Source: Draconibacterium orientale
GTDB lineage: Bacteria > Bacteroidota > Bacteroidia > Bacteroidales > JAADGE01
Assembly (NCBI GenBank): GCA_020721645.1
Contig: DYMH01000002.1
Location: 4,793-68,792, forward strand
Length of the DNA stretch: 64,000 nucleotides
Direction: 5' to 3'
In this document: positions 44,961 to 56,952 of the stretch, piece after piece
Layout: the number at the start of each line of letters is the position of its first letter
How positions within the stretch are numbered: the stretch's first letter is position 1
Made by a program: the position numbers and the translations under genes
The notes under the pieces: model-generated
Database searches by the model: none
Told to the model about the DNA's origin: nothing
Seen by the model: the letters and a program-made list of their open reading frames with translations, nothing else

Positions 44961-45146
44961 ATGAAACTGAAATTATATATACAAGAGTCATACAACGAGT
45001 TGGTGAATAAAGTAACCTGGTCGTCGTGGTCTGATTTGCAAAACAGTGCAATTGTTGTAATGGTTGCTTCACTAATTATTGCAATCGTTATCTATTTGAT
45101 GGATACGGCGTTCAGCTCTTTGATGAATTTGATTTATACATTCTGA
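44961..45146 (+). CDS. secE: Preprotein translocase subunit SecE
   Basis: 61 aa from ATG 44961 (MKLKLYIQESYNELVNKVTWSSWSDLQNS + one TM helix). The ORF-track start at 44913 overlaps tRNA-Trp. Confidence 0.85.
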   Translation: MKLKLYIQESYNELVNKVTWSSWSDLQNSAIVVMVASLIIAIVIYLMDTAFSSLMNLIYTF

Positions 45147-45165
45147 TATTAATACTTAGAACATT

Positions 45166-45756
45166 ATGATGAGTGAAATCGAAAAAAACGAATTCACAAA
45201 CAAAGACGAAGCTATCGTAACCAAGTGGTATGTCCTGAGAGCAATAGGAGGGAAAGAAAAAAAAGTAAAGGAATACATCGAAAATGAAGTTTCCCGATTA
45301 AAACTCCAAAGCTATATCACCCAAGTTATTATTCCTACCGAAAAAGTTTATCAAATTCGTAACGGCAGAAAAATCAGTACCGAAAGGAATTTTTTTCCGG
45401 GATATGTGATTATTGAAGCTGCATTAGTTGGAGAAATTCCTCATATTTTGAGAAACATATCGAATGTTATCGGATTTTTGGGCGAAACAAAAGGTGGAGC
45501 TCCGGTAGCCATGAGGCAATCCGAAGTAAATCGAATACTTGGTGCTGTTGATGAATTAGCGGAAGTTGACGAAGTAAATACTGCACCTTTCTTTGTTGGT
45601 GAAAACGTGAAAGTTATAAGTGGTGTGTTTAGTAATTTCACAGGAACAATCGAAGAAATTAACAATGAGAAGAAAAAACTAAAGGTTATCGTTAAAATTT
45701 TCGGAAAAAGGCAAACACCTTTGGAATTGAGTTTTATGCACGTAGAAAAAATTTAA
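45166..45756 (+). CDS. nusG: Transcription termination/antitermination factor NusG
   Basis: 196 aa. NGN domain (KWYVLRAIGGKEKKV) and C-terminal KOW (FFVGENVKVISGVFSNFTGTIEEI). Confidence 0.93.
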   Translation: MMSEIEKNEFTNKDEAIVTKWYVLRAIGGKEKKVKEYIENEVSRLKLQSYITQVIIPTEKVYQIRNGRKISTERNFFPGYVIIEAALVGEIPHILRNISNVIGFLGETKGGAPVAMRQSEVNRILGAVDELAEVDEVNTAPFFVGENVKVISGVFSNFTGTIEEINNEKKKLKVIVKIFGKRQTPLELSFMHVEKI

Positions 45757-45826
45757 AAATTAGGCTGTTACGAAAAAGATGTGGTGCTTCCAATTATCAC
45801 ATTTTTATTTTAAATAATGAAATAAA

Positions 45827-46267
45827 ATGGCAAAAGAAGTTTCAAAACTTGTAAAATTACAAATTCGCGGAGGAGCAGCAAATCCCTCGCCGCCGGTTGG
45901 ACCTGCATTAGGTGCTGCGGGAGTGAACATTATGGAATTCTGTAAACAGTTCAACGCTCGTACACAAGCAAGTGCAGGGAAAATTGTGCCCGTCGTAATC
46001 ACGGTATTTGTCGACAAATCCTTTGAATTTGTAACGAAAACTTCTCCCGCTGCGGTTCAATTGTTAGAAATTACGAAAATAAAGTCCGGTTCAAAAGAAT
46101 CGAATCGAATAAAAGTAGCTTCTGTTACATGGGATCAAATTAAATCCATTGCACAAGATAAAATGGTTGACCTTAATGCGTTTACTATCGACTCTGCAAT
46201 GAAAATGATTGCCGGAACTGCCAGGAGTATGGGAATTACCGTAGTTGGTACGAACCCTTTTAAATAA
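45827..46267 (+). CDS. rplK: 50S ribosomal protein L11
   Basis: 146 aa. [34 protein letters not shown]. Confidence 0.97.
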   Translation: MAKEVSKLVKLQIRGGAANPSPPVGPALGAAGVNIMEFCKQFNARTQASAGKIVPVVITVFVDKSFEFVTKTSPAAVQLLEITKIKSGSKESNRIKVASVTWDQIKSIAQDKMVDLNAFTIDSAMKMIAGTARSMGITVVGTNPFK

Positions 46268-46286
46268 ACCCTTCAATTTAACACAA

Positions 46287-46982
46287 ATGGCAAGAATTGC
46301 AAAAAAAAGAAAGGAAGCCGTTTCTAAAATTGAAGTTGCGAAACAATACAATTTGAACGAAGCTGCTGCTTTGGTTAAGAAAATTACAACCGTAAAATTT
46401 GATGCCTCCGTGGACATTGATGTTCGTTTGGGCATCGACCCACGAAAAGCAAACCAAATGGTACGCGGTGTAGTATCTTTACCCCACGGCACAGGTAAAA
46501 CCGTTCGAGTTTTAGCTCTTTGCACACCCGAAAAAGAACAAGAAGCAAAAGATGCCGGTGCAGATTTTGTAGGATTGGACGACTTGGTTGAAAAAATCAA
46601 AGGAGGGTGGACTGATTTCGATGTCGTTATAACAATGCCGCCTGTAATGGCAAAAGTCGGACAATTGGGAAGGATTCTCGGTCCCCGTGGTTTGATGCCA
46701 AACCCTAAAAGCGGTACGGTAACGATGGAAGTTGGTAATGCTGTCAAAGAAGTAAAACAAGGAAAAATCGATTTCAAAGTCGATAAATTTGGTATTGTTC
46801 ACACTTCAATAGGCAAAGTATCTTTCGATGAACAAAAAATTGTGGACAATGCCAGAGAATTTCTCCGGACTGTCAACAAATTAAAACCGTCTTCGGCAAA
46901 AGGTACCTACATGAAAAGTGTCTATATTTCCAGTACAATGAGTCCCGGAATAAAGATAGATGTCAAAACTACAGATGAATAA
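46287..46982 (+). CDS. rplA: 50S ribosomal protein L1
   Basis: [11 protein letters not shown]... from ATG 46287. The ORF-track start at 46245 overlaps the end of rplK. Confidence 0.95.
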   Translation: MARIAKKRKEAVSKIEVAKQYNLNEAAALVKKITTVKFDASVDIDVRLGIDPRKANQMVRGVVSLPHGTGKTVRVLALCTPEKEQEAKDAGADFVGLDDLVEKIKGGWTDFDVVITMPPVMAKVGQLGRILGPRGLMPNPKSGTVTMEVGNAVKEVKQGKIDFKVDKFGIVHTSIGKVSFDEQKIVDNAREFLRTVNKLKPSSAKGTYMKSVYISSTMSPGIKIDVKTTDE

Positions 46983-47008
46983 TTATTGATGCGTAAAAAT
47001 TAGCAATT

Positions 47009-47524
47009 ATGACAAAAGAAGAAAAAAATCTGATAATTGACAATTTAACCGAACAAGTCAATAAAGCAAGTCATCTGTACCTGACAGATACTTCGGGTTT
47101 AAACGCCGAACAAACAGGCAAACTCAGACGCACTTGTTTTAACGAAAATGTAACGTTAATTGTTGCAAAGAACAAATTATTACAAAAAGCATTCGATAAA
47201 TCCGATAAAAAATTAGAAGGTCTATACTCGGTGCTTAAAGGCTCAACAGCCGTAATGTTTACGGAAACTGGCAATGTTCCCGCAAAATTGATAAAAGATT
47301 TCAGAAAGAAAAACCAAAAACCGGTTCTTAAAGGAGCTTTTGTTGAAGAAGATTTTTATATTGGTGATAATCAATTAGAAAATTTAGTCAGCATCAAGTC
47401 TCGAAATGAACTTATTGCAGACGTGATTGCAATGTTACAAACTCCGGTGAAAAACGTTATTTCCTCACTCCAATCGGGTCAAAACACATTACACGGCGTG
47501 TTAGAAACACTTTCAAAAAAATAG
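47009..47524 (+). CDS. rplJ: 50S ribosomal protein L10
   Basis: 171 aa with position and sequence pattern typical of L10. Confidence 0.93.
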   Translation: MTKEEKNLIIDNLTEQVNKASHLYLTDTSGLNAEQTGKLRRTCFNENVTLIVAKNKLLQKAFDKSDKKLEGLYSVLKGSTAVMFTETGNVPAKLIKDFRKKNQKPVLKGAFVEEDFYIGDNQLENLVSIKSRNELIADVIAMLQTPVKNVISSLQSGQNTLHGVLETLSKK

Positions 47525-47555
47525 TTATTAATAATTAAATTAAAAAAGAAATAAA

Positions 47556-47927
47556 ATGGCAGATTTGAAAGCATTTGCAGAACAATTGGTAAATTTAACT
47601 GTAAAAGAAGTAAAAGAATTAGCTGATATCCTGAAAAACGAATACGGTATTGAGCCCGCTGCTGCAGCTGTTGCTGTTGCAGGTCCGGTTGCTACCGAAT
47701 CAGCTGCTGTTGAAAAAACAGAATTTGACGTTATCCTCAAAAGTGCAGGCGGCGAAAAATTAAAAGTTGTTAAACTCGTAAAAGAATTAACAGGAATTGG
47801 TTTAAAAGAAGCTAAAGAACTCGTAGATGCAGCTCCAAAAACTCTTAAAGAAAAAGTTTCAAAAGAAGAAGCAGAATCTTTAAAAGCTCAATTAATTGAA
47901 GCAGGAGCTGAAGTTGAGCTGAAATAA
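47556..47927 (+). CDS. rplL: 50S ribosomal protein L7/L12
   Basis: 123 aa with Ala-rich hinge and C-terminal [24 protein letters not shown]. Confidence 0.97.
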   Translation: MADLKAFAEQLVNLTVKEVKELADILKNEYGIEPAAAAVAVAGPVATESAAVEKTEFDVILKSAGGEKLKVVKLVKELTGIGLKEAKELVDAAPKTLKEKVSKEEAESLKAQLIEAGAEVELK

Positions 47928-47950
47928 GCTGTCAATTGTACTCGTATCAC

Positions 47951-47996
47951 AGGTTTAGAGTTTGTTATAACTCTAAACCTTTTTGTGTTATTTTTT
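47951..47996 (+). terminator. rplL-rpoB intergenic attenuator/terminator hairpin
   Basis: AGGTTTAGAGTT (47951-47962) pairs perfectly with AACTCTAAACCT (47969-47980), then TTTTGTGTTATTTTTT. The position is analogous to the partial terminator known between rplL and rpoB in other bacteria. Confidence 0.7.
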
Positions 47997-48021
47997 AAGT
48001 TCAATCTAATTCGGACAAAAA

Positions 48022-51000
48022 ATGTCATCTTTAAATCAAAGAATCAGCTTTGCATCTGCTAAAATTAAAATGGATTATCCGGATTTTTTGGAAGTCCAAC
48101 TTCAATCTTTCCAAGATTTTTTCCAATTGGATACAACTCCCGAACTCCGAAAAAGTGAAGGTTTATTTCAAGTATTCAACGAAAATTTTCCAATCACCGA
48201 TACACGAAATAATTTTGTCCTCGAATTTATCGACTATTCTATCGACCCACCACGTTACACAATCGAGGAATGTCTTGAACGAGGCTTAACATATAACGTT
48301 CCTTTTAAAGCGAAACTGAAACTCTACTGTACAGACCCCGAACACGAGGATTTTGATACAGTCATTCAGGACGTCTATCTGGGAACAGTTCCTTACATGA
48401 CTCCCAGAGGAACTTTTGTCATTAACGGAGCTGAGCGTGTTGTTGTTTCTCAACTGCACCGTTCTCCCGGAGTCTTCTTTGGACAAAGCATACACGCTAA
48501 CGGTTCAAAATTATATTCAGCAAGAATCATACCATTTAAAGGTTCATGGATTGAATTTGCCACAGACATCAATAATGTCATGTACGCATACATCGACCGC
48601 AAGAAAAAATTACCCGTAACAACCCTTCTTCGTGCAATAGGTTACGAAAGTGATAAAAATATACTCGAAATTTTCGATTTAGCCGATGAAATTAAGGTTT
48701 CAAAAGCCGGCTTAAAAAAAGTCGTAGGTCGAAAATTGGCTGCACGTGTCTTAAAAACTTGGATTGAAGACTTTGTCGATGAAGATACAGGCGAAGTTGT
48801 TTCTATCGAACGAAACGAAATTATTATCGACCGAGAGGTTGTTTTGGATAATGACCATATCGATGAAATTGTCGATTCCGGCTCAAAATCAATTCTCTTA
48901 CATAAAGAAGGACAGAATATTGTCGATTACGCCATCATATACAGTACCCTTCAAAAAGATCCCTGTAATTCCGAAAAAGAAGCAGTTCTCCATATTTACA
49001 GACAGCTTCGAAATTCCGAACCACCGGACGAATCGACAGCACGAGACGTTATCGATAAATTGTTTTTCTCCGACAAAAGATATGATTTGGGAGAAGTCGG
49101 TCGGTATCGAATTAATAAAAAACTCAAGCTCGAAACATCACCCGAAATCCGTGTCCTCACAAAAGAAGATATTATAGAAATCATCAAATATCTTATCAAA
49201 CTTATTAATTCGCGAATCGATGTTGATGATATTGATCATTTAAGCAATCGACGTGTTCGAACAGTAGGTGAACAATTGGCAAATCAATTCAGCGTTGGTT
49301 TGGCACGTATGGCACGAACAATTCGAGAACGTATGAATGTTCGCGATAATGAAGTTTTCACTCCGGTTGATTTAATAAACGCAAAAACATTATCATCTGT
49401 CATAAATTCATTTTTCGGAACAAATCAACTTTCTCAGTTTATGGATCAAACCAACCCTTTGGGCGAAATGACTCATAAACGCAGACTCTCGGCATTAGGT
49501 CCCGGCGGTTTATCACGAGAACGTGCAGGATTTGAAGTACGCGACGTTCACTATACTCACTACGGAAGACTTTGTCCAATTGAAACCCCGGAAGGACCTA
49601 ATATCGGATTAATTTCCTCGTTAACTGTTTTTTCAAAAATCAATAATCTTGGCTTCATCGAAACACCTTATCGAAAGGTTACAAAAGGTAAAGTGGATAT
49701 TACCGATGAAGGCGTCATGTATTTGAGTGCCGAAGAAGAAGACGGAAAAGTTATCGCACAAGCAAATGCAGAAATCGATAAAGAAGGTAATTTTATCAAC
49801 GAACGTGTTAAAGCACGTTCCGATGGCGATTTTCCATATATTGAAAAAGAAACTGTCGATTTAATGGACGTTGCACCAAATCAAATCGCATCAATTGCTG
49901 CTTCGCTCATTCCATTTTTGGAACACGATGATGCCAACCGTGCCTTGATGGGGTCTAACATGATGCGGCAAGCAGTTCCCCTGGTAACGCCCGAAGCTCC
50001 GGTAGTAGGAACAGGAATTGAAGCCGATGTTGTCAGAGATGCACGCATTATGATTGTCGCCGAAGGCGAAGGAATTGTTGAATATGTTGATGCCAATGAA
50101 ATCATCATCAGATATTCTCGCCCTGAGGAAGAAAAATTTGTAAGTTTTGAAGATGACACCGTGAGATATCGACTTCCAAAATTTAAAAAAACAAATCAAA
50201 ATACATGTTTGAATTTAACCCCGCTCGTAACAGGCGGTGAAAAAGTTGTTAAAGGTCAAATACTAACCGAAGGTTACGGAACACAAGGAGGCGAGCTTGC
50301 TTTGGGAAGAAATCTCAAAGTTGCCTTCATGCCTTGGAAGGGATATAATTTTGAAGATGCCATCGTAATTTCGGAACGCGTTGTTCGCGAAGATATTTTC
50401 ACTTCTCTTCACATTGATGAATACCTGCTCGAAGTTCGCGACACCAAACGAGGTGTCGAAGAATTGACTTCCGATATCCCCAATGTGAGCGAAGAGGCCA
50501 CACGAAATCTCGATGAAAACGGAATTATTCGTATCGGCTCCCAAGTAAAACCCGGAGACATTCTTATCGGAAAAATTACTCCAAAAGGCGAAACAGACCC
50601 ATCTCCCGAAGAAAAATTACTTCGGGCAATATTCGGGGATAAAGCCGGTGATGTAAAAGACGCTTCTTTAAAAGCCTCGCCATCATTGGAAGGCATCGTT
50701 ATCGACAAAAAATTGTTTTCGCGTTCGATGAAAGACCGTAGGGCAAAAAACTCGGAAAAACCCATGATTTCTAAGTTAGATGAAGAATTTACCCGAAAAG
50801 TTATGGATTTGAATGCCCGTTTGGTCGATAAAATTTTTATCGTAGTAAACGGAAAAACATCGCAAGGCGTTAAAGATTACTATAGTGCGGATATCATTGC
50901 AAAAGGCGATAAATTTACTCTGAAAAAACTTCAGGAAATCGATTTTCTGAATATCAATCCGAGTAAATGGACAACCGACAAAGCAAAAAATGATACCATT

Positions 51001-51828
51001 AAAGCATTGATTCATAATTATATCATCAAGTATAAAGAAATTGACAGTGTTATTCGACGCAAAAAATACAATATCTCGGTAGGCGATGAACTTCCAATCG
51101 GAATCATTCAACTTGCAAAGGTATATATTGCCAAAAAGCGTAAAATAAAAGTAGGCGATAAAATGGCAGGTCGCCACGGAAATAAAGGGATTGTTGCCCG
51201 AATTGTAAGAGACGAAGACATGCCTTTCTTAGAAAACGGAACTCCTGTTGATATTGTCTTAAATCCGCTTGGTGTACCTTCGCGTATGAATTTAGGACAA
51301 ATCTATGAATCCGTACTCGGCTGGGCAGCCAAAGAATTGGGACTCAATTTTGCAACTCCGATTTTTGACGGAGCAACATTAGACCAAATTTCCGAATACA
51401 CCGACAAAGCAGGCGTTCCGCGTTACGGGAAATCCTATTTATACGACGGCGGTACCGGCGAACGCTTCGACCAGCCTGCAACAGTAGGAGTTATCTACAT
51501 GCTCAAACTTGGGCACATGGTTGATGATAAAATGCACGCACGTTCTATCGGTCCTTATTCCTTAATTACACAGCAACCTTTGGGCGGTAAAGCTCAATTT
51601 GGAGGACAACGTTTTGGAGAAATGGAAGTATGGGCACTCGAAGCTTTTGGTGCATCGAATATCCTGCAAGAAATATTGACAATAAAATCCGATGATGTTA
51701 TCGGGCGTGCTAAAGCGTATGAAGCTATTGTGAAAGGTGATCCGATGCCTACTCCCGGTGTTCCGGAGTCGTTTAACGTTTTATTACACGAACTTCGAGG
51801 ACTTGGATTAAGTATCAATCTCGACTAA
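48022..51828 (+). CDS. rpoB: DNA-directed RNA polymerase subunit beta
   Basis: 1268 aa with full-length beta subunit motifs (for example GRHGNKGIV and [10 protein letters not shown]). Confidence 0.98.
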   Translation: MSSLNQRISFASAKIKMDYPDFLEVQLQSFQDFFQLDTTPELRKSEGLFQVFNENFPITDTRNNFVLEFIDYSIDPPRYTIEECLERGLTYNVPFKAKLKLYCTDPEHEDFDTVIQDVYLGTVPYMTPRGTFVINGAERVVVSQLHRSPGVFFGQSIHANGSKLYSARIIPFKGSWIEFATDINNVMYAYIDRKKKLPVTTLLRAIGYESDKNILEIFDLADEIKVSKAGLKKVVGRKLAARVLKTWIEDFVDEDTGEVVSIERNEIIIDREVVLDNDHIDEIVDSGSKSILLHKEGQNIVDYAIIYSTLQKDPCNSEKEAVLHIYRQLRNSEPPDESTARDVIDKLFFSDKRYDLGEVGRYRINKKLKLETSPEIRVLTKEDIIEIIKYLIKLINSRIDVDDIDHLSNRRVRTVGEQLANQFSVGLARMARTIRERMNVRDNEVFTPVDLINAKTLSSVINSFFGTNQLSQFMDQTNPLGEMTHKRRLSALGPGGLSRERAGFEVRDVHYTHYGRLCPIETPEGPNIGLISSLTVFSKINNLGFIETPYRKVTKGKVDITDEGVMYLSAEEEDGKVIAQANAEIDKEGNFINERVKARSDGDFPYIEKETVDLMDVAPNQIASIAASLIPFLEHDDANRALMGSNMMRQAVPLVTPEAPVVGTGIEADVVRDARIMIVAEGEGIVEYVDANEIIIRYSRPEEEKFVSFEDDTVRYRLPKFKKTNQNTCLNLTPLVTGGEKVVKGQILTEGYGTQGGELALGRNLKVAFMPWKGYNFEDAIVISERVVREDIFTSLHIDEYLLEVRDTKRGVEELTSDIPNVSEEATRNLDENGIIRIGSQVKPGDILIGKITPKGETDPSPEEKLLRAIFGDKAGDVKDASLKASPSLEGIVIDKKLFSRSMKDRRAKNSEKPMISKLDEEFTRKVMDLNARLVDKIFIVVNGKTSQGVKDYYSADIIAKGDKFTLKKLQEIDFLNINPSKWTTDKAKNDTIKALIHNYIIKYKEIDSVIRRKKYNISVGDELPIGIIQLAKVYIAKKRKIKVGDKMAGRHGNKGIVARIVRDEDMPFLENGTPVDIVLNPLGVPSRMNLGQIYESVLGWAAKELGLNFATPIFDGATLDQISEYTDKAGVPRYGKSYLYDGGTGERFDQPATVGVIYMLKLGHMVDDKMHARSIGPYSLITQQPLGGKAQFGGQRFGEMEVWALEAFGASNILQEILTIKSDDVIGRAKAYEAIVKGDPMPTPGVPESFNVLLHELRGLGLSINLD

Positions 51829-51835
51829 TATTTTA

Positions 51836-51863
51836 CTTCCCTTCATTTGGAGGGAAGATTTTT
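51836..51863 (+). terminator. Small hairpin plus T-tract between rpoB and rpoC
   Basis: CTTCCCT - 8-nt loop - AGGGAAG followed by ATTTTTCT. It is probably leaky, since rpoC follows. Confidence 0.4.
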
Positions 51864-51938
51864 CTGTTTATTGAATATTACTATTTTTCATAAGATTATC
51901 TTAGGAAATCTTATCTCAAAATCAAATTACGGCGACTT

Positions 51939-54900
51939 ATGGCATTCAGAAAAGGAAACAAAGTACAAAGTGATTATACACAAATTTCGATTAGTCTGGC
52001 TTCGCCGGAAGAAATTTTAGAACATTCGAACGGTGAAGTTTTAAAACCCGAAACAATCAATTATCGAACTTACAAACCCGAACGCGATGGATTGTTCTGC
52101 GAAAGGATTTTTGGTCCGGTCAAAGATTACGAATGCCATTGCGGCAAATACAAAAGAATCCGATACAAAGGGATTGTTTGCGACCGATGCGGTGTTGAAG
52201 TTACTGAAAAGAAAGTTCGACGCGAACGAACAGGGCATATTTCCTTGGTTGTTCCCGTTGCACATATTTGGTATTTCAAATCACTGCCCAATAAAATTGG
52301 TTATTTGCTTGGTTTACCAACAAAAAAATTAGATTCAATCATCTATTACGAACGATACATCGTAATACAGGCGGGTGTGAAACAGGTTGACGGAATCAAT
52401 TCCCTCGATTTCCTTACCGAAGAAGAATATCTTGACATTCTCGAAACTCTACCCCGCGAAAATCAATTACTCGATGATTCGGACCCCAATAAATTTATTG
52501 CAAAGATGGGGGCTGAGGCTTTATTCGACCTTTTAGCCGGCTTAGACTTGGATTCGATGGCTCATCAATTACGACACAAAGCAGGTAACGAAACATCGCA
52601 ACAACGAAAGAGTGAAGCGTTAAAACGCCTTCAAGTTGTCAGTTCATTCCGTGCCTCAAAAGGTATCAACAAACCCGAATGGATGATTGTGAAAGTGGTT
52701 CCGGTGATTCCGCCCGAATTACGCCCCCTTGTGCCTTTGGACGGCGGTCGATTCGCAACTTCCGATTTAAACGATTTGTATCGCCGTGTCATTATCCGAA
52801 ACAACCGATTAAAAAGGCTCATCGAAATAAAAGCCCCGGAAGTTATCCTGAGAAACGAAAAACGGATGTTGCAGGAAGCTGTGGATTCTTTATTTGACAA
52901 TTCTCGTAAATCGAGTGCTGTTAAAACAGATGCAAATCGTCCACTAAAATCTCTCAGCGACAGTTTGAAAGGAAAACAAGGACGATTCCGTCAAAATTTA
53001 TTAGGAAAACGTGTCGATTATTCAGCTCGTTCGGTCATCGTTGTTGGTCCGGAACTCAAATTACACGAATGCGGACTGCCCAAAGATATGGCAGCCGAGC
53101 TCTATAAACCATTTATTATCCGAAAACTCATAGAACGCGGAATCGTTAAAACCGTTAAATCGGCTAAGAAAATTGTCGATCGCAGAGACCCCGTGGTTTG
53201 GGATATTTTGGAAAATACACTTAAAGGACACCCTGTTCTGCTCAATCGGGCACCAACCTTGCACCGATTAGGAATTCAGGCATTTCAACCAAAATTAATA
53301 GAAGGCAAAGCAATTCAATTACATCCCTTGGTTTGTACCGCTTTCAATGCCGACTTCGACGGCGACCAAATGGCTGTTCATTTACCTTTAGGAAATGCTG
53401 CTATTTTGGAAGCTCAAATGTTGATGTTAGCTTCGCATAATATTTTGAATCCGGCAAACGGAGCTCCCGTTACAGTGCCTTCACAGGACATGGTTTTAGG
53501 ATTATATTACATTACAAAATCGCGTAAATCGACTCCCGAAAAAAATGTCAAAGGCGAAGGTATGACTTTCTATTCACCCGAAGAAGTTATCATTGCATAC
53601 AACGAAAAAGTTATCGACCTTCATGCAAATATTAAAGTAATGATTAATAATTTGGGTGAAGATCAATTGATTTCAACCTCGGTAGGACGTGTTTTGTTCA
53701 ACGAAATTGTTCCAAAAGAAGTTGGATATATCAATGAATTATTAACAAAAAAAGCTTTACGCGATATTATCGGTTATGTTCTGAAAACATGCGGTACAGC
53801 AGTTGCCGCCGATTTCTTGGATAATATTAAAGCTTTGGGATACAGAATGGCTTTTGAAGGCGGATTATCCTTCAATTTGGACGATGTTATCGTTCCTGCC
53901 GAAAAAAATTCAATGATTCAGGAAGGTTATGACCAAGTTGAAGAAGTTTTAGCGAATTTCAATATGGGGGTTATCACCAACAATGAACGATACAATCAAA
54001 TTATTGATATTTGGACACATACCAATGCTCGTTTGACACATACAGTTATGACGCGTTTAAGTTCGGATAATCAAGGATTTAACTCAGTTTATATGATGTT
54101 GGATTCCGGAGCCCGTGGTTCTCGTGAGCAGATTCGTCAGCTCTCCGGAATGAGGGGTTTGATGGCAAAACCACAAAAATCAGGAGCAACCGGCGGACAA
54201 ATTATCGAAAACCCGATTTTGTCCAATTTCAAAGAAGGTCTCTCTGTTTTGGAATATTTTATTTCTACTCACGGTGCACGTAAAGGGCTTGCAGATACTG
54301 CTTTGAAAACTGCCGATGCTGGATATTTAACGCGTCGCTTGGTGGATGTATCACAAGATGTTGTCATCACCGAAAACGACTGCGGAACCCTTAGAGGGCT
54401 TGTAGCCACAGCGATAAAGAAAGAAGATGATGTTGTGGAAACACTCTATGAGCGAATATTAGGTCGAACAACTGTTCACGATGTATATCACCCAAATAAA
54501 GGACATGTAATTGTGGCTGCCGGAGAAGAAATTACAGAACTCATTGCACAGGAAATCGAAAATTCGCCGATAGAAGAAGTCGAAATTCGTTCGGTACTCA
54601 CATGCGAAACGAAAAAAGGTGTGTGTGCCAAATGTTATGGACGAAATCTTGCCTCGGCACGTATGGTGCAAATGGGCGAAGCTGTCGGGGTTATTGCCGC
54701 ACAATCAATCGGAGAGCCGGGTACTCAGCTTACTTTGAGAACCTTTCACGTTGGGGGGGTTGCCGGAGGCTCTGCAAGCGAATCGAACATCGTTTCAAAA
54801 TACGATGGGGTAGTCCGTTTCGATGAACTCCGTGTGGTAAACGGAAAACGTGAAGATCTTGATGTGGACATCATTGTGTCGCGAATGACGGAATTGAAAA

Positions 54901-56198
54901 TTTTCGATGCCAATACAAATATAACATTAACAACATTATCAGTGCCTTATGGTGCTAAATTGTTTATTAAAAACGGCGATTCGGTTAAAAAAGGTGATTT
55001 GATTTGCGAATGGGATCCGTGGAATGCCGTAATTATTTCGGAATTTAAAGGGACTGTCGTTTTCAATCACTTGTTGGAAGGCATTACGTATAAAGTTGAA
55101 AAAGACGAACAGACAAATTATGTTGAAAAAGTTATCATCGAAACAAAAGATAAAACTAAAAATCCGGAAATATCTGTATTAGATGTGGACGGAAACGTGT
55201 TGAACAGCTACAATTTACCGGCAGGAGCTCACTTGTCGGTCGATGACGGGAAGGTGATAGAAAGTGGAGATATTTTGGTTAAAATTCCAAGAAGTTTAGG
55301 AAAAGCAGGCGATATCACAGGAGGATTGCCTCGTGTTACCGAATTATTTGAAGCTCGTAATCCATCGAATCCTGCTGTTGTTTCGGAAATAGACGGTATT
55401 GTTGCTTTTGGAAAAATAAAACGCGGAAATCGCGAAATTTCCGTAACATCAAAAACCGGTGAAGAAAAGAAATATCTTGTCCCTTTGTCGAAACAAATTT
55501 TAGTTCAACAAAACGACTACATCAAAGCAGGAAGCCCTCTTTCAGACGGTGCCATTACGCCTTCGGATATTTTATCGATTAAAGGACCGACAAAAGTTCA
55601 GGAATATATTGTCAATGAAGTTCAGGAAGTTTATCGAATGCAGGGCGTAAAAATTAACGACAAGCACTTTGAAGTCATTGTTCGACAAATGATGCGAAAA
55701 GTATTTATTGAAGACCCGGGTGATACAAAATTCCTCGAAAAACAAATCGTTGATAAATGGGATTTTATGATAGAAAACGACAGCATGTATGGATTGAAAG
55801 TAGTAGAAGATAACGGAGATTCAACTTCATTACAAGCGGGCGAAATCGTTCCTGCTCGAAAATTACGAGACGAAAATTCGTTGCTCAAACGAAAAGATTT
55901 ACGACAAGTTACTGTTCGTGATGCCGTTCCGGCAACTTCGAGCCAAGTTTTGCAAGGAATAACACGAGCTGCTTTACAGACTTACAGTTTCATGTCGGCA
56001 GCCTCTTTCCAAGAAACAACAAAGGTTCTGAACGAAGCTGCAATCAGCGGAAAAATTGATAAGTTGCTCGGATTGAAAGAAAATGTCATTGTTGGGCATC
56101 TTATTCCGGCAGGAACCGGTTTGAGAGCTTACAAAGATATTATTGTAGCGTCAAAAGATGAAATGGAAAAGGTTCATAAACATGAGCCTATTGATTAA
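51939..56198 (+). CDS. rpoC: DNA-directed RNA polymerase subunit beta prime
   Basis: 1419 aa. Zinc-binding CHCGKYK...CDRCG and the catalytic NADFDGD motif. Confidence 0.98.
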   Translation: MAFRKGNKVQSDYTQISISLASPEEILEHSNGEVLKPETINYRTYKPERDGLFCERIFGPVKDYECHCGKYKRIRYKGIVCDRCGVEVTEKKVRRERTGHISLVVPVAHIWYFKSLPNKIGYLLGLPTKKLDSIIYYERYIVIQAGVKQVDGINSLDFLTEEEYLDILETLPRENQLLDDSDPNKFIAKMGAEALFDLLAGLDLDSMAHQLRHKAGNETSQQRKSEALKRLQVVSSFRASKGINKPEWMIVKVVPVIPPELRPLVPLDGGRFATSDLNDLYRRVIIRNNRLKRLIEIKAPEVILRNEKRMLQEAVDSLFDNSRKSSAVKTDANRPLKSLSDSLKGKQGRFRQNLLGKRVDYSARSVIVVGPELKLHECGLPKDMAAELYKPFIIRKLIERGIVKTVKSAKKIVDRRDPVVWDILENTLKGHPVLLNRAPTLHRLGIQAFQPKLIEGKAIQLHPLVCTAFNADFDGDQMAVHLPLGNAAILEAQMLMLASHNILNPANGAPVTVPSQDMVLGLYYITKSRKSTPEKNVKGEGMTFYSPEEVIIAYNEKVIDLHANIKVMINNLGEDQLISTSVGRVLFNEIVPKEVGYINELLTKKALRDIIGYVLKTCGTAVAADFLDNIKALGYRMAFEGGLSFNLDDVIVPAEKNSMIQEGYDQVEEVLANFNMGVITNNERYNQIIDIWTHTNARLTHTVMTRLSSDNQGFNSVYMMLDSGARGSREQIRQLSGMRGLMAKPQKSGATGGQIIENPILSNFKEGLSVLEYFISTHGARKGLADTALKTADAGYLTRRLVDVSQDVVITENDCGTLRGLVATAIKKEDDVVETLYERILGRTTVHDVYHPNKGHVIVAAGEEITELIAQEIENSPIEEVEIRSVLTCETKKGVCAKCYGRNLASARMVQMGEAVGVIAAQSIGEPGTQLTLRTFHVGGVAGGSASESNIVSKYDGVVRFDELRVVNGKREDLDVDIIVSRMTELKIFDANTNITLTTLSVPYGAKLFIKNGDSVKKGDLICEWDPWNAVIISEFKGTVVFNHLLEGITYKVEKDEQTNYVEKVIIETKDKTKNPEISVLDVDGNVLNSYNLPAGAHLSVDDGKVIESGDILVKIPRSLGKAGDITGGLPRVTELFEARNPSNPAVVSEIDGIVAFGKIKRGNREISVTSKTGEEKKYLVPLSKQILVQQNDYIKAGSPLSDGAITPSDILSIKGPTKVQEYIVNEVQEVYRMQGVKINDKHFEVIVRQMMRKVFIEDPGDTKFLEKQIVDKWDFMIENDSMYGLKVVEDNGDSTSLQAGEIVPARKLRDENSLLKRKDLRQVTVRDAVPATSSQVLQGITRAALQTYSFMSAASFQETTKVLNEAAISGKIDKLLGLKENVIVGHLIPAGTGLRAYKDIIVASKDEMEKVHKHEPID

Positions 56199-56206
56199 TA
56201 AAATAG

Positions 56207-56243
56207 CAGGCAGTTGTATATTCTTCAATTGCCTGTTTTATTT
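56207..56243 (+). terminator. Terminator after rpoC
   Basis: CAGGCAGTTG pairs with CAATTGCCTG (one G:U), then TTTTATTT. Confidence 0.65.
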
Positions 56244-56274
56244 AAAAATATTTCAATTTTAGAAAAGTAAAATT

Positions 56275-56580
56275 ATGGCAGAAAATAAAAATCAACTGAA
56301 TATCGAACTTTCCGAACAAATAGCCGAAGGAATATACACCAATTTGGCAGTTATTACTCATTCGACCTCGGAGTTTGTTTTTGATTTCGTTAAAATGATG
56401 CCCGGTGTTCCCAAAGCTCATGTGAAATCTCGTATTATTATGACACCCGAAAATGCAAAACGCCTTCTTTTCGCATTAAAGGATAATATTGCAAAATTTG
56501 AATCTGCTTTCGGCACAATAAAAGACATCTCGGCACCAAGTATCCCAATGAATTTTGGCGGTCCGACACCCGAGGCATAA
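56275..56580 (+). CDS. DUF3467-family small protein (commonly found after rpoC in Bacteroidota)
   Basis: 101 aa. IAEGIYTNLAVITHSTSEFVFDFVKMMPGVPKAHVKSRIIMTPENAKRL. Confidence 0.75.
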   Translation: MAENKNQLNIELSEQIAEGIYTNLAVITHSTSEFVFDFVKMMPGVPKAHVKSRIIMTPENAKRLLFALKDNIAKFESAFGTIKDISAPSIPMNFGGPTPEA

Positions 56581-56606
56581 TTCTTTTCAAGTCGCAACAA
56601 AAATAA

Positions 56607-56642
56607 TAAAAGAACTCGTATATTACTGAGTTCTTTTTTTTT
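56607..56642. terminator. Bidirectional terminator between convergent genes
   Basis: AAAAGAACTC - 10-nt loop - GAGTTCTTTT extended into T10. The reverse strand also reads as hairpin plus TTTTATTATTTTT. Confidence 0.7.
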
Positions 56643-56663
56643 AGATAAACTTGAAACAAGGTT

Positions 56664-56816
56664 GTTTAGTTAAGAAATGTATTTGCTGTTCGGCTTAGGC
56701 TTTGCCTAAGTCGAACTTATCATGGCAGGCTATGCCTGTCTGTTAAAGCAAGGCTGAGCCTTGCAAAATATGCCCGACTGAGACAGAGCCTCAGCCGAAC
56801 ACATGCTTAACCAAAC
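56664..56816. repeat. Nested palindrome: two closing stems enclosing four 17-nt hairpins with GGC-N3-GCC apexes
   Basis: Hairpins are cttaGGCtttGCCtaag (56694-56710), ggcaGGCtatGCCtgtc (56724-56740), gcaaGGCtgaGCCttgc (56748-56764) and ctgaGACagaGCCtcag (56778-56794). They are closed by TGTTCGGC/GCCGAACA and by GTTTAGTTAAG/CTTAACCAAAC. Confidence 0.8.
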
Positions 56817-56952
56817 GAAATTGAATCTTGAATTGATAAAATCGAAACAAGCGAATTTAAGTAATCGAACAGATTTATTTGTATATCATAATGTTCGTAT
56901 TCTTATCAAAATCAAATTATTACATCATTAACAATTCATAATTATCCATTAC

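Noticed and set aside
46091-46777. 228-aa minus-strand ORF in the track
   Set aside because: It is fully antisense to rplK/rplA, which are unambiguous. The translation is low-complexity with no recognisable motifs.
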